DNA of 38,954 nt from an archaeon (GTDB lineage Archaea; Undinarchaeota; Undinarchaeia; Undinarchaeales; JALTGF01), in contig JALTGF010000019.1 in assembly GCA_027077325.1 (NCBI GenBank), positions 1-38,954 on the forward strand, written 5' to 3'. The first letter of the stretch is position 1. Every line of letters begins with the position of its first letter. A program made the translations under genes and the position numbers. A model generated the notes under the pieces. It ran no database searches. It worked only from the letters and a program-made list of their open reading frames with translations, and had not been told where the DNA came from. This document shows, piece after piece, positions 27,023 to 38,200 of the stretch.

Positions 27023-28952
27023 TATTATGCTTCCTCTTTGTGTAGTTTAGCAGTCCGCCCTCTAGGATTATTTCTTTCATCCTTTCACCTAGGTCAGGCT
27101 TGACTTTTATTTCAATGCCTTTTGTTTTATTCTTGATGATGAATTCAGAATCTCCTGTCTCAAAGTGCTTTCTAATGTCAGGAATTTCAATCTCATCGTC
27201 TTTATCGATTTGGTCATAGTCATTTTTATTAACAAATTCAAGCGGAACAATTCCAAAATTGATAAGATTTGCTTTGTGGATTCTGGCAAATGACTTTGCA
27301 ATAACTGCTTTAATGCCAAGATACATTGGTGCAAGAGCCGCATGCTCTCGGCTTGATCCCTGGCCATAGTTTTCCCCACCAATGATAAAGCCACCGTTGT
27401 TTTCCTTTGCCCTCTTTACAAAATCAGGGTCAACCCTTGAGAATACAAAATTACTTATTGCTGGCAAATTGCTTCTCAATGGGAGTATTTTTGAACCCGC
27501 GGGCATTATCTCATCTGTGCTTATGTCATCCCCAACCTTTATCAGAATTTTTCCAGATAAACTAACAGAAAGCGGTTCCTTTATAGGCAATGATTTTATA
27601 TTGGGGCCTCTTATGATTTTAATGTTTTCTCCATTTTCAGGAGGCCAAATAAATAAGGAGTTATCAATCTCAAATTTTTCTGGAAGCTCAACTTTTGGGT
27701 AATCACCAAGTGACCTAGGATCTGTAATCTTTCCATTAATTGCACAAGCAACTGCAGTTTCAACACTGCTTAGGTAAACTTGGTCGTCTTTTGTTCCAGA
27801 TCTTCCTTTAAAGTTTCTGTTAAAAGTTCTTACAGAAATTGCACCCGTTGGAGGGGATTGCCCCATTCCTATGCAAGGACCACAAGCACATTCAAGCATT
27901 CTCGCACCAGCTTCTAGGAAATAAACCAAGGCACCATTTTTAGTAATTTCTTCAAGCACTTGCTTAGATCCAGGGCTCACAGTCATTGAAACTTTGGGGC
28001 TAACTTTTCTCCCTTTTAGGATTTTTGCAGCAGTCATTAAGTCCTTAAATGAAGAATTCGTACAGGAGCCAACACAAACTTGTTGAACTTCCAAACCCTC
28101 AACTTCCTTCACAGGGACAACATTTCCTGGGCTTGATGGCTTGGCGATTAAGGGCTCAAGTTCACTTAAGTTGATTTCAATTATTTCAGAATATTCTGCA
28201 TCTGGATCTGCTTTTAACTCTTTCCAATCCTTAACACGACTTTCTTTTTCAAAGAATTCCTTAGTTATCTCATCTGATGGAAAAATAGAAGTTGTTGCGC
28301 CAGTTTCAGTTCCCATATTTGTTATTGTCGCCCTTTCAGGAACGCTCAAAGTTTTAACACCAGGTCCAAAGTATTCGAGGATTTTTCCACGACCCCCTTT
28401 TACACCTATTCTTCTTAAAATTTCGAGGATCACATCCTTTGCAGCAACCCAACCAGGTAATTTTCCAGTAAGTTTTACCCCAATGACTTCTGGACACTTC
28501 AAGTAAAAAAGGCCACCTCCCATTGCAACCGCAACATCTAAGCCACCAGCACCAATTGCAATCATCCCAACACCACCAGAGGTTGGAGTATGAGAATCAG
28601 AGCCAAGCAAAGTTTTTCCAGGGATTGAAAATCTTTCTAAATGCAATTGATGACAAATTCCATTCCCTGGTTTTGAGAGCACGAGTCCATACTTCGCAGC
28701 AACACTTTGGAGAAATCTGTGGTCGTCTGCATTTTCAAAACCAGTCTGCAATGTGTTGTGGTCTATGTAACTTACGGATAACTCAGTTTTTACTCTTGGG
28801 ATTCCAAGAGCTTCGAATTGGAGGTATGCCATTGTTCCAGTTGCATCCTGGGTTAAAGTTTGATCAACTTTTATTCCAATTTCAGATCCTGGCTTTAATG
28901 AGCCCTCCACAAGGTGTGATTCTAGGATTTTATATGCGAGTGTTTTTCCCAT
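27003..28952 (-). CDS. acn: Aconitate hydratase (single-chain, Aquifex-type)
   Basis: QDATGT, GSDSHT, Fe-S ligands GSCTNS and CGPCIG, and GSSREHAA; overlaps icd. Confidence 0.92.
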   Translation of the reverse strand: MGKTLAYKILESHLVEGSLKPGSEIGIKVDQTLTQDATGTMAYLQFEALGIPRVKTELSVSYIDHNTLQTGFENADDHRFLQSVAAKYGLVLSKPGNGICHQLHLERFSIPGKTLLGSDSHTPTSGGVGMIAIGAGGLDVAVAMGGGLFYLKCPEVIGVKLTGKLPGWVAAKDVILEILRRIGVKGGRGKILEYFGPGVKTLSVPERATITNMGTETGATTSIFPSDEITKEFFEKESRVKDWKELKADPDAEYSEIIEINLSELEPLIAKPSSPGNVVPVKEVEGLEVQQVCVGSCTNSSFKDLMTAAKILKGRKVSPKVSMTVSPGSKQVLEEITKNGALVYFLEAGARMLECACGPCIGMGQSPPTGAISVRTFNRNFKGRSGTKDDQVYLSSVETAVACAINGKITDPRSLGDYPKVELPEKFEIDNSLFIWPPENGENIKIIRGPNIKSLPIKEPLSVSLSGKILIKVGDDISTDEIMPAGSKILPLRSNLPAISNFVFSRVDPDFVKRAKENNGGFIIGGENYGQGSSREHAALAPMYLGIKAVIAKSFARIHKANLINFGIVPLEFVNKNDYDQIDKDDEIEIPDIRKHFETGDSEFIIKNKTKGIEIKVKPDLGERMKEIILEGGLLNYTKRKHNNGIQTL

Positions 28953-29081
28953 CTCTCAAGAAAACACTGTAGGTTTAGTTTATATATATTTTTGAACTTT
29001 CATTGCGAGACATATGAACTAGATAGTTCCACATATATGCATAAAAAAGTATATAAATAACAGAACTTAGAGATTAAGAGC

Positions 29082-29453
29082 ATGACAAGAGAATCGCTTT
29101 CAATACTTGGGGAGAAAGTAGAAGCAGAAGAAAACCCAAAGGAGCTTCTAAAGGAGATATTTAGGTTTATTAATTTTGAGCCTGCAAACATAGACATCTA
29201 CTTTTTATTTGTTGAAAAGAAAAGAGCACTTACAGTTAGGGAGATTTGCAATTCTCTAAAATATTCAGAAAGAACAGTTAGAAAATACTTGAAAGAACTC
29301 TTAGCGTTGGGGTATATAAAAAGAGTCAGCACAGTAAGGGAAAGACCGTGCTATGCGTATGTAGCAGTAAGCCCAAAAAAAGTCTGGCAAAAACTAGTAA
29401 ATCAAGTAAGGCAGATTAGAAAGAAAGCAAGCAAGAGAATTGCAAAAATTTAG
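29082..29453 (+). CDS. Small winged-helix transcriptional regulator (TrmB/GbsR-like)
   Basis: LTVREICNSLKYSERTVRKYLKELLALGYI HTH; divergent from acn. Confidence 0.85.
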   Translation: MTRESLSILGEKVEAEENPKELLKEIFRFINFEPANIDIYFLFVEKKRALTVREICNSLKYSERTVRKYLKELLALGYIKRVSTVRERPCYAYVAVSPKKVWQKLVNQVRQIRKKASKRIAKI

Positions 29454-31286
29454 TTAGTCCTTTAAGTAAAGGATGTCATCCCAGGGATGCCTGTAAAGTC
29501 CTTGTCTTAACCTGTACTGGTCAAGGATGTGCCCAATCATCCCGATGCTTCTCCCGAGAACAAAGAAAGCATTTAGATACCCTTCGTTGACAATTTCATT
29601 TATTTCCTCTTTTGTAAATTTCCCACAACTTTCAAACAAGTCAAGGAACAAAACTGCAAGGCACCCATCAACGTTTAGGATTAGATTCCCTTTCTTTGCA
29701 GTAGTTATTTTTTCAACCTTTAAGGCAAAGTCCAGATACTTTGTTTTCTTGAAGTGCTTTCGTGCATATTTTTTCAAAATTTCAACTCGCTTGTCAGGGT
29801 TTTTCACGCTTTTTATTCGGTGACCGATCCCAGGGATATAGATCCCTTTTGCTTTCATATCGTCTACAAACTCTCGAGGGGTCATCCTAGAATCAACTGC
29901 ATGCTTAAAGTAGCGGGCAGCATCATTCAATGCACCGCCAAATCTTGGTCCGATTGTCAATATTCCTGAGGAAAGAGCAGCAGTAATGTCTTTTCCAGCA
30001 CGTGCTGCCACAATTGCATTGTGCGCCCCTGAAACCGCAGGCCCGTGGTCAGCAGTGATCATTATTGTCATTTCAATGAACTTTGAGGCATATTTTGGAA
30101 GTTTTTTCTTAAACCAAAGCAATGAGATTACATCACCGATAGAATATCCCTTCTTAAAGAGGTCACTCATTAGAACATTATAATAAGTTGGCTCCTCTCC
30201 GCGATCGTCTGAAATTGAGGAGACAATATTAGTTGGCTTTCTTACTAATCCCTGCGCAATTGCTTTTTTGTAATCCATTGGAACCTTTGGGATTTCCATT
30301 GGCTCTTTTACTTCCTTGATTTTTCCTTGCTTCTTTAACTTATTGTAAACCATTGCAATTTTTTCGCCAAAATCATCAAAGGAATTTGGAACAACTGCTC
30401 CGGCTTTTTTTAGTGCTTTATTTTTAGCATCTGCAGTCTCAAGTTCTGAACTGGCTTTTGCACCAGCATGCCCAAACTGGACAGAGGTCTTAAAAACTTT
30501 TGCACAAGTTCCGGTTACCCACATTACTAATGGTTTCTTTATTTTTCCAGATTTTAGGGCATCCACAATTTTGTACTCTTCAAGTCCCCCAAGCTCGCCA
30601 AGACAAACAAGCATTTTTATTTTTGGATTTGCCTCAAACCTTAGCAAATGGTCAAGCAAAGTTGAACCAGGATAAACATCCCCGCCAATTGCAATACCCT
30701 CGTAAATGCCATCAGAGTTTCTTGCAATAACATTTAGCATTTCATTTAGCATCCCGCCAGATTTTGAGACAAAACCAACAGAGCCAGGCCTGTAAAGTTT
30801 TGAACCAATTATGTTTTCAATTGTCCCTGCAGCATTTCCAATTTTAAACCTGCCCGGAGCAATGCCGCCAACTGTCGCAGGCCCAATTATCACTTTTCCA
30901 AGTTTCTTTGCTTCTGCTGCAAGAATTCGCTCTTTTCTTTCTGGAACTCCTTCCGCAATTATTGCAATTGTTCTTATGCCCTTCTTTTTAAGAGCACTCA
31001 TCGTTGTTGGAAATGCCGACCTGAAAGATGAGAAGTTAATCACAACATCTGCATTGGAATGCTTTTTCACAGCTTCATCCAAGGTTTTATACATAGGAAT
31101 CAAAATTTCCTTTTTCCCAAAAAAGGCCTTCACATATCCCGCGCGATTTGGATTTATGACACAAGCAACACTTGGTGTTTTTCTTTTGCAGACATAATCA
31201 AAGTCAAGCATTCTTTGGATTGCTTTTTTCTGATTTCCAAACACAATTGCTTGCGTTTTTTCATTAAAGAGTTCATATGTGTTCAT
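29454..31286 (-). CDS. aclA: ATP-citrate lyase, large (alpha) subunit
   Basis: QRMLDFD, IIGPATVGG, phospho-His QFGHAGA, and a citrate-synthase-like C-terminal domain (ADHGPAVSGAHN, PGIGHRIKS, NVDG). Confidence 0.95.
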   Translation of the reverse strand: MNTYELFNEKTQAIVFGNQKKAIQRMLDFDYVCKRKTPSVACVINPNRAGYVKAFFGKKEILIPMYKTLDEAVKKHSNADVVINFSSFRSAFPTTMSALKKKGIRTIAIIAEGVPERKERILAAEAKKLGKVIIGPATVGGIAPGRFKIGNAAGTIENIIGSKLYRPGSVGFVSKSGGMLNEMLNVIARNSDGIYEGIAIGGDVYPGSTLLDHLLRFEANPKIKMLVCLGELGGLEEYKIVDALKSGKIKKPLVMWVTGTCAKVFKTSVQFGHAGAKASSELETADAKNKALKKAGAVVPNSFDDFGEKIAMVYNKLKKQGKIKEVKEPMEIPKVPMDYKKAIAQGLVRKPTNIVSSISDDRGEEPTYYNVLMSDLFKKGYSIGDVISLLWFKKKLPKYASKFIEMTIMITADHGPAVSGAHNAIVAARAGKDITAALSSGILTIGPRFGGALNDAARYFKHAVDSRMTPREFVDDMKAKGIYIPGIGHRIKSVKNPDKRVEILKKYARKHFKKTKYLDFALKVEKITTAKKGNLILNVDGCLAVLFLDLFESCGKFTKEEINEIVNEGYLNAFFVLGRSIGMIGHILDQYRLRQGLYRHPWDDILYLKD

Positions 31287-32515
31287 TTTTTCCTCAAAGC
31301 CATTGAAACAATTTTTGTCATATGTGTTTCAGGACCATAAACCTCAATTGGAACTTTTATTTCATCCCCAAGTTTTCTCATTTGAGCAAGGCCTTCTTTA
31401 TAATTTGGCCCACCGCGCCTTACATAAATTTTAACTTTAAGCTTTCTTAACTTTGGAGCAAACTCGTGAAGCGCCATGATTATTCCCTTAAATGTTTTTG
31501 CAACATCAGTAAAATTGGCAATACCACCACCAATTATGAGGATTTTTCCAGGCTTATTATCGCGAGTCATTAAATCAAGAACGGTTCTTGCATATTCATA
31601 AGTTTCCGCAGTGCTTGGGTTTCCACTGTATTCTCCATAATTTGCAAGCTCATTCCCATAACCAAGATCTGTTATAGTATCCGCATAAATGACACTTGCA
31701 CCTCCGCCGGCAACCAATGTCCAAATTTTTCCATGCGGGTTTAAGATTGTCAGCTTTAATGAGGCCCCGCTCTTTTCATCCATACCTTTTATATACTGCT
31801 CTTCCTTTGAGAAAGTTCTTCCAAATGGCACTGGAAACTCAATGTTTCCCCATTTTGACTGGTTTTCAAAAGCAGAGGTGTCATCAAGTTTTGCAACCAG
31901 GTCAAGAGGGATTATCTTTCCATTTTCAAATGCAAAAGGATTAATCTCGAGATAGGTAAATCCAAGATCCACATAAAAATTATAGAGTTTTTCAATAAAG
32001 TTAACAAGCGCTTCTTTATTTTCAATATTTGGAAGCTTAGACTTTACAAATTTTCTATTAAATTTCTCAAGTATTGGAATTCTTATTTCAATCACCTTAT
32101 TCCAATTCTCTTCAATGTTAATTCCGCCTTCCAAAGAGAAAAAGATTGAGTCATACTCTCGCGCAGATTTTATTGCAACATAGTATTCTTTTTTATGAGG
32201 CACAAAAGGTTCAATTAGGAAGTGAGTCAATTTTCCAGTAGCCTTTCCAATTTTGACTTCTTTCCCCATTTGCTGTTTTATAAATTTTTTTGCATCTTCA
32301 AAGGTTGCATTTAATAAAACAAGATTGTGCTTCCCTCTTTTTCCAAAAAGCTGGTCTGGTTTTACAACAAGTTTTTTATACCTAAGCCATTTGTGCTTTT
32401 TTGAGAGAGAATTTAGATTTGTTTTTGGAGTAACTAAGACACACTTTAAACCTAGGTGTAGGTACTTTGAAAGCAAATGCTTTGCATCATATTCACGAAT
32501 TCCTCTTTCTGCCAT
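31283..32515 (-). CDS. aclB: ATP-citrate lyase, ATP-grasp (beta) subunit
   Basis: IREYDAK, KPDQLFGKRGK, AGGGASVIYAD, NYGEYSGNP, GGGIANFTDV and VRRGGPNY; 4-nt overlap with aclA. Confidence 0.95.
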   Translation of the reverse strand: MAERGIREYDAKHLLSKYLHLGLKCVLVTPKTNLNSLSKKHKWLRYKKLVVKPDQLFGKRGKHNLVLLNATFEDAKKFIKQQMGKEVKIGKATGKLTHFLIEPFVPHKKEYYVAIKSAREYDSIFFSLEGGINIEENWNKVIEIRIPILEKFNRKFVKSKLPNIENKEALVNFIEKLYNFYVDLGFTYLEINPFAFENGKIIPLDLVAKLDDTSAFENQSKWGNIEFPVPFGRTFSKEEQYIKGMDEKSGASLKLTILNPHGKIWTLVAGGGASVIYADTITDLGYGNELANYGEYSGNPSTAETYEYARTVLDLMTRDNKPGKILIIGGGIANFTDVAKTFKGIIMALHEFAPKLRKLKVKIYVRRGGPNYKEGLAQMRKLGDEIKVPIEVYGPETHMTKIVSMALRKK

Positions 32516-32578
32516 TTATTTACACACCTGTTGAATCTAAAATATGGTTTATATTTTAGATTTTGCATTATCGCAACC

Positions 32579-33190
32579 CTACTCTAAGTAAAGCTCATAC
32601 GCATGAGGACTATATAGTTGCATTCCGAAAATCGAGGAATATGCCTTTGAGGTCCCAATTATGAGAGTAATATTTCCTTTTAAGTCATATGGCACTCCAC
32701 TAAATAGGATATAACCAGAACGTTCTTCTCCAGGTGTTATATTTATCCCATTAAAAGTTCCACCACTATAATTATATTTTTGATTGGGGATTACTCGTAT
32801 AAAGGCATCTTCTTGCCTAAATGTTTCTAAGTCGTGGCCAGCATTTTTAACCCAGATGTCAGCCCTGAATTTTAATCCATCAGGAGTTTCAAACCAGCCA
32901 ACACGGAGTAGTTTTGTTTCAAAAAGCCCAAAATTGTTGCTCATATTTAGGTATTGGGAATTGTCTAAGTAAACTTGCTCGGGGTTTGGTTTTTCAACTG
33001 GCTTTGATTTATTAACAATAGCAGGTTCACTAGCATTGATTGGCGAACTTGGTTCAGTTTTAACCACTTGTGATTGTTCTTTAACTCCAAAATCATTTTT
33101 AAGCAAGTTAAAATGAACCGCAAAAAGCAGCAATGAAACTAGGATAATTAATGAGACAAGTAGAACAAATGAAACTTTAAGTTTACTCAT
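32579..33190 (-). CDS. Membrane-anchored extracellular beta-sandwich protein (DUF4352-like)
   Basis: N-terminal TM, Pro/Ser linker, then ADIWVKN...ITPGEERSGYILF pattern. Confidence 0.65.
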   Translation of the reverse strand: MSKLKVSFVLLVSLIILVSLLLFAVHFNLLKNDFGVKEQSQVVKTEPSSPINASEPAIVNKSKPVEKPNPEQVYLDNSQYLNMSNNFGLFETKLLRVGWFETPDGLKFRADIWVKNAGHDLETFRQEDAFIRVIPNQKYNYSGGTFNGINITPGEERSGYILFSGVPYDLKGNITLIIGTSKAYSSIFGMQLYSPHAYELYLE

Positions 33191-33313
33191 AATAATTGAT
33201 AAGGATTTTTAGTATTTAAAGTTTAATTGAAAAAACCGTCTTTAATAATCAGTTCAAAAGCCAATTAGAAACTTTAAATAGATTGAAGTGGATAAATTAA
33301 GTGAGAGGTTAGG

Positions 33314-34024
33314 ATGAATAATATTAAAAAACCACCATCTATAATTTTATCTTTAGACCTGCCAATTGAAAATGCTGTAAACCTTGTTAAAGATCTAAAA
33401 GAAGTCTCTGCTAAAATTGCAGCCCTAAAAGTCAGTTCATTGCAAGTGATGGAAGTAGGAATTAAGGGAGTTGTTTCAGAATTAAGGACTTTTACAGACT
33501 TGCCAATAATTTATGACCACCAGAAAGGCTGCACGGACATCCCTGCAATAGTTGAAAGGCAGGTAAATGCTTCTGCAGAAGCAGGCGTTGATTTTTTAAT
33601 AGCAGTTCCACAAGGCGCTGGGCCAAAAAGCTTAGAATCCTTTGTAGATGCTTGTAGGAAAAAAAGCGTTGAGCCGATTGTTTTGCTTGAAATGACACAC
33701 GAAGGCGCAAATGAGTACATAAAAGAAGACACATCCAAAAAGATTTTTGAGAAAGCCATTGAATTAGGAGTTAATTATTTTGTAGTTCCGGGAAATAAAG
33801 TAGAGAGCATACAGATGTATAAAGGATGGGCCGAAGAAACAGGCAGAGATATTAAGTTTATGAGCCCTGGAATTGGGGCACAAGGTGGCTCTGCAAAGGA
33901 AGCTGTGCGCGCCGGAGTAGATTACCCAATAGTAGGAAGGGCGATTTATCAAGCTGAAAAACCAATTGAAATAGTAAATAGGATGTATGTAGAATGCTTG
34001 GAGGGCTTTAATGGCAGGAAGTAA
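33314..34024 (+). CDS. pyrF: Orotidine-5'-phosphate decarboxylase (variant motif)
   Basis: ILSLD, ALKV, YDHQKGCTDIP, EMTH, SPGIGAQGG and IVGRAIY; clustered with pyrE. Confidence 0.85.
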   Translation: MNNIKKPPSIILSLDLPIENAVNLVKDLKEVSAKIAALKVSSLQVMEVGIKGVVSELRTFTDLPIIYDHQKGCTDIPAIVERQVNASAEAGVDFLIAVPQGAGPKSLESFVDACRKKSVEPIVLLEMTHEGANEYIKEDTSKKIFEKAIELGVNYFVVPGNKVESIQMYKGWAEETGRDIKFMSPGIGAQGGSAKEAVRAGVDYPIVGRAIYQAEKPIEIVNRMYVECLEGFNGRK

Positions 34025-34631
34025 GTTTGACATTTTAATTAGTAGAATAAAACTTAAAGAAGCCATAGAAGAAGCTAGACTCGTTACGGAAACAGAAGTA
34101 AAGCAACTGATAAAAAATGTAGACCTTTCAAAAGAAGAAGCCAAACTAATTCTTGGAAAGGAGAGGTACAAAAAGGCAATAAAAACGAAAGTAATTGAAG
34201 ACGGATTGTTTGAGGATACCAAAAAGTACATTGATAAGAACTTACTAATTTCAGAAATTGCAAATTTAATTTTTGAGACATTAGAGAATATGACTTTTGA
34301 CGAAATGAAAGAGAGGGGGTATCTAATTTGCAGGGCTAGTAAAGTAGGCAAAGCGGAAAAAGCAAAGGGGGGAGGCCCCCCTGCACTCATAGAGTATAAT
34401 ACTGTAAAGGAACTTGTTAAATCCTCAATAAGAGAATTAAAGAAAAAAGACCCAAATGGGATACTAGTTGTAGGGATTCTCCCGTTTAACAAAAAAAGAA
34501 AAGTGATAGGAACTAGCGAAAAAATATTGGGGGGATACCTAATAAGTTTACTTCCTAGCGAAGTTAGGTATGGTGTTGTTGAAGATTTGGGATTTAAGAT
34601 ATATCAAGATTTAAAAACCGTAAAAATATGA
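34011..34631 (+). CDS. Hypothetical protein coupled between pyrF and pyrE
   Basis: 206 aa with SD GGAGG; overlaps pyrF by 14 nt and pyrE by 4 nt. Confidence 0.8.
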   Translation: MAGSKFDILISRIKLKEAIEEARLVTETEVKQLIKNVDLSKEEAKLILGKERYKKAIKTKVIEDGLFEDTKKYIDKNLLISEIANLIFETLENMTFDEMKERGYLICRASKVGKAEKAKGGGPPALIEYNTVKELVKSSIRELKKKDPNGILVVGILPFNKKRKVIGTSEKILGGYLISLLPSEVRYGVVEDLGFKIYQDLKTVKI

Positions 34632-35227
34632 CCTTTGAAAAAATCTTTTGGGACACAAAAGCAATCTCAATAAATATTGAGAATCCTTTTAAGCTTGCTT
34701 CTGGAAAATTAAGCCCAATTTATATTGACTGCAGAAAACTAATTTCATACCCGCAAATTATGGATTTAATTGCCAAGGAAGCCACACCAATCATAGAAAA
34801 AATAAATCCAGATGTAATTGCAGGCGGGGCAACCGCAGGCATTCCCTTTGCTGCGTGGATTTCAGCAAAAAAAGGTTTGCCAATGATTTATGTAAGAAAA
34901 GAACCAAAAGGGTATGGAAAAAATGCGCAGATAGAGGGTGTTTTAAAAGAAAATCAGAAAGTCCTTCTTGTTGAGGATTTAATTACAGACGGTAAAAGCA
35001 AATTGAACTTTATTAATGGAATTAGAAACACAGGGGCAATTGTTGAAAATTGCTTAGTAGTTTTTGACAGGGAGCAAGGCGGAAAAGAAACCTTAGAAGA
35101 GAATTTAGTTAAGTTGCACAGTTTAGCGACATTGTCTAAAACCCTAGGATATGGCCTAGAAAATGCATTGATTTCAAAAGAAGAGTTTGAGAAAGTTAGG
35201 GAGTGCTTAAAGAGAGAGTCCAAGTGA
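34628..35227 (+). CDS. pyrE: Orotate phosphoribosyltransferase
   Basis: FKLASGKLSPIYIDCR, YVRKEPKGYG and PRPP-binding VLLVEDLITDGKS. Confidence 0.95.
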   Translation: MTFEKIFWDTKAISINIENPFKLASGKLSPIYIDCRKLISYPQIMDLIAKEATPIIEKINPDVIAGGATAGIPFAAWISAKKGLPMIYVRKEPKGYGKNAQIEGVLKENQKVLLVEDLITDGKSKLNFINGIRNTGAIVENCLVVFDREQGGKETLEENLVKLHSLATLSKTLGYGLENALISKEEFEKVRECLKRESK

Positions 35228-35245
35228 ATAAGAGAGGAAACCTTT

Positions 35246-38200
35246 TTAATATACCCTGCGCTTAACAAGATATACCTGGAAGTAGAGCACAGATACAAAT
35301 ATTAGAACTGCAATTCCAAAAAGTAAGAGAATGGTGTAAAAAGAAACACCTGTTGGCTGTTCTTTGGTTGGCTCTACGACAGGAGTTGGTATCACTCTTT
35401 GCTTTTTTTCCACAACAGAAGGGATTATAAGGATAGTTGTATCCGAAGCTCCTACAAGGTTATTTGCATCCTTGCCAATTATAGTAAGCTTATAGTTACC
35501 GCTGCTTAGGGTATTAATCCCCTTTAGGTGTACTGAATAGTTTAAGGATTCACCGGGTGTTAATGACTTTGCGCTGGGAACAACAGAGTAGGTGATATTA
35601 TCAGGCAAACCAGTTACGGTTAAATAAACATCTTTTAGAGTCACTGAGTCTAAATTTTGAACTTCTACTAAGAAAGTTGAGTTAGTTGTATTTTCTGGGG
35701 ATGTCACATAAAATGTTGGACCAGTCCTAGCGCTTTCTGCTGCACCGCCCCCAGAGGAAGTTGAGGAGGAAGTTTTAGGAAGGGTATATGGGACTAGAGG
35801 TGCATAATCCCCACCAACAGAAATGTGCCCTTCTGATGTATAAGGAACCACATCACCAATTCCATCGCCATTTGTGTCAGTTCCATTATAATCGCTCCAG
35901 TAATTTCCTGCAATGTATGGACCACCTAAAATATTAGTGGAAGGTGTTTTTGTCACATTCCAATTGTTTTGGCCTTCAGCATCAGGATTGTAAGCATTTG
36001 TTTGATTATTATCGGCAATGTAGTTGTTATAAATTGTATTGTTGTATGATGAGTAAAATGTGTTATTTGCATAGAAATTGTCAAAGTCACCTGACAATGT
36101 TGGATGAGCACTATAAGATCCTATGAAAAGATGTACATACTGGTCACTGCTTACCCAGGAAGCTTTAGATGAATTAAAAGTGCCGTTTACTACCAAATGC
36201 CAGCGATTAGCAGAGTTATCCCAGTAATAACAACTGTAATTATACATTTCACCTATGTGACTTCTAGTTATTCTGAATTTTCCAGAGGTATCTGATGATG
36301 CTTTGAGTTTGTATTTTGCATAATTGTTTATTACAGCCCAGTATAGCTGATTATGACAACAATAATCCCTGGTTATATAAGTCACATGGTCTTCTGTCAA
36401 TTTATTCGGCACAACCTCAATGCCAAATTCTGGGTCTTCAACATTAGGGATACTTATGTTTGAGAAATCCACTTGAACATCAAAATCACCCCTAACAGCA
36501 AAATCAGATGCAAGAGCATATCCAGTACTTCCGAGAATATTATCTGTAATAGCAAAATGCGCCTTTCCAGGGGTAGTTACATTTATATCCGACAAAGCAC
36601 CAGTAAAACCTTGAACATATTCAGGGGTCCACTTTAGAGTATCTCCCTTTGAGGATGTATTTGTGAAGTTATCCGTGATATTGCTACTGGAGTTATAAAC
36701 GAATATTCCATAAGTGTTATTTGTCACATTGTTGTTGATTATTGTGTTATTACTTGAGAAGTATAACAGGATACCATATCCATTATCCAAAACAGTTTCA
36801 TTTGAGATTGTGTTATTATTTGAGGTGTGAAGGTAAATTCCAGCAAGAGTGTTGTTTACTTCTGTATTTTCAGACAAGGTGTTACCATTTGAAGCGTAGT
36901 ACAAGTAAACACCATTTCTTGAATTAGAACTGATGTAATTATTTTTAATCGTAGTGTTATTTGAGGAATCATATGCATAAACGCCGTCTAATGCATTAGA
37001 AGAGATTGTATTTCCCACCAAAAATGTGTTTTGAGAATTGATTAGGAAAACACCATCTTGAGAATTTGATGATATTGTACTTCCAGTTATGTTTATGTTT
37101 CCAGTGTTATTAAATAAGTAAATCCCATGGTGAGTGTTCAAATTGAAATCACTATTTGAAATTGTGACATTTTTGGAATTTATAATATTTAAGCCCTGAG
37201 AGTTATTCGATGAATCAACAGAGTCAATGACAGTATTGTTTGAGTAAAATATTTGGATTGGGTCGCCCCCAGAAGTATTCAAGTTTTTGAGCGTAAGATT
37301 GTTGGAATATGCTGCAATGATACATTTTGTGGGATTTGAATTTCCATCAAAAGTCACGCCAGAGGTATTAAGCAAGTAGTAGATAGGGAGGCCGTTTGCC
37401 CTGTTTGTGGTGTTAATGGTTTGATTATAATAAGTTAACTTATAACAATCAGAACATTGATAGTTGATAAAGATGCTATACCACCCATTATTATTAAATG
37501 AATTATTCTCAAACATATTTTTAGATGACCTGTACAATCTTACACCATAATCAAGGTTAGAGTTAATGGTATTGTTTAATACACGATTTTGAGCAGATGC
37601 ATCAAATGATATTCCAGACACATTGTTGGAGGATAATGTGTTGTTTGAGATATTATTATAGGATGACTGAGACCACAGAGCGATACCAGAACGATGGTTT
37701 GAATTGACGATATTATCAACAATATTATTATGTTGAGATTTTTTTAGTACAATCCCAGACTTTGACCTACTGTTGGCAACAACATTACCACTAACATTAT
37801 TGTAGTTTCCATAGGTAAATCGGATACCATACAAATTATATTCAACAGTATTATTTGCAATAAGATTATAACGAGATCCCCCCTGTAAGTATATACCCTC
37901 CTCAGAATTTGAGATGATTGTATTGTTTAAGATGACATTGTTATAACTGGGATTTACCCAAAATCCTTTGGAGTTTCCAGAAAACGTGTTATTGAAGATA
38001 TAAGAATTATGTAATGTGCCGTACCCTATTCCCTGCTTGTGGTTATTTGAAATGGTGTTATTTATGAGATTTAAGTGGTAGACACCATCAGTATAGATGC
38101 CTTCATGATGATTTGAACTTATATTGTTATTATCAGCAGTGAGATCATGTACTCCTCCTTGTAAGTATATCCCTTGGTAACTATTGAGAACATTAGAATA

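Noticed and set aside
25781..32515. Claim of autotrophy through the reductive TCA cycle
   Set aside because: No ferredoxin oxidoreductases or fumarate reductase are in the window, and ACL alone is insufficient evidence.
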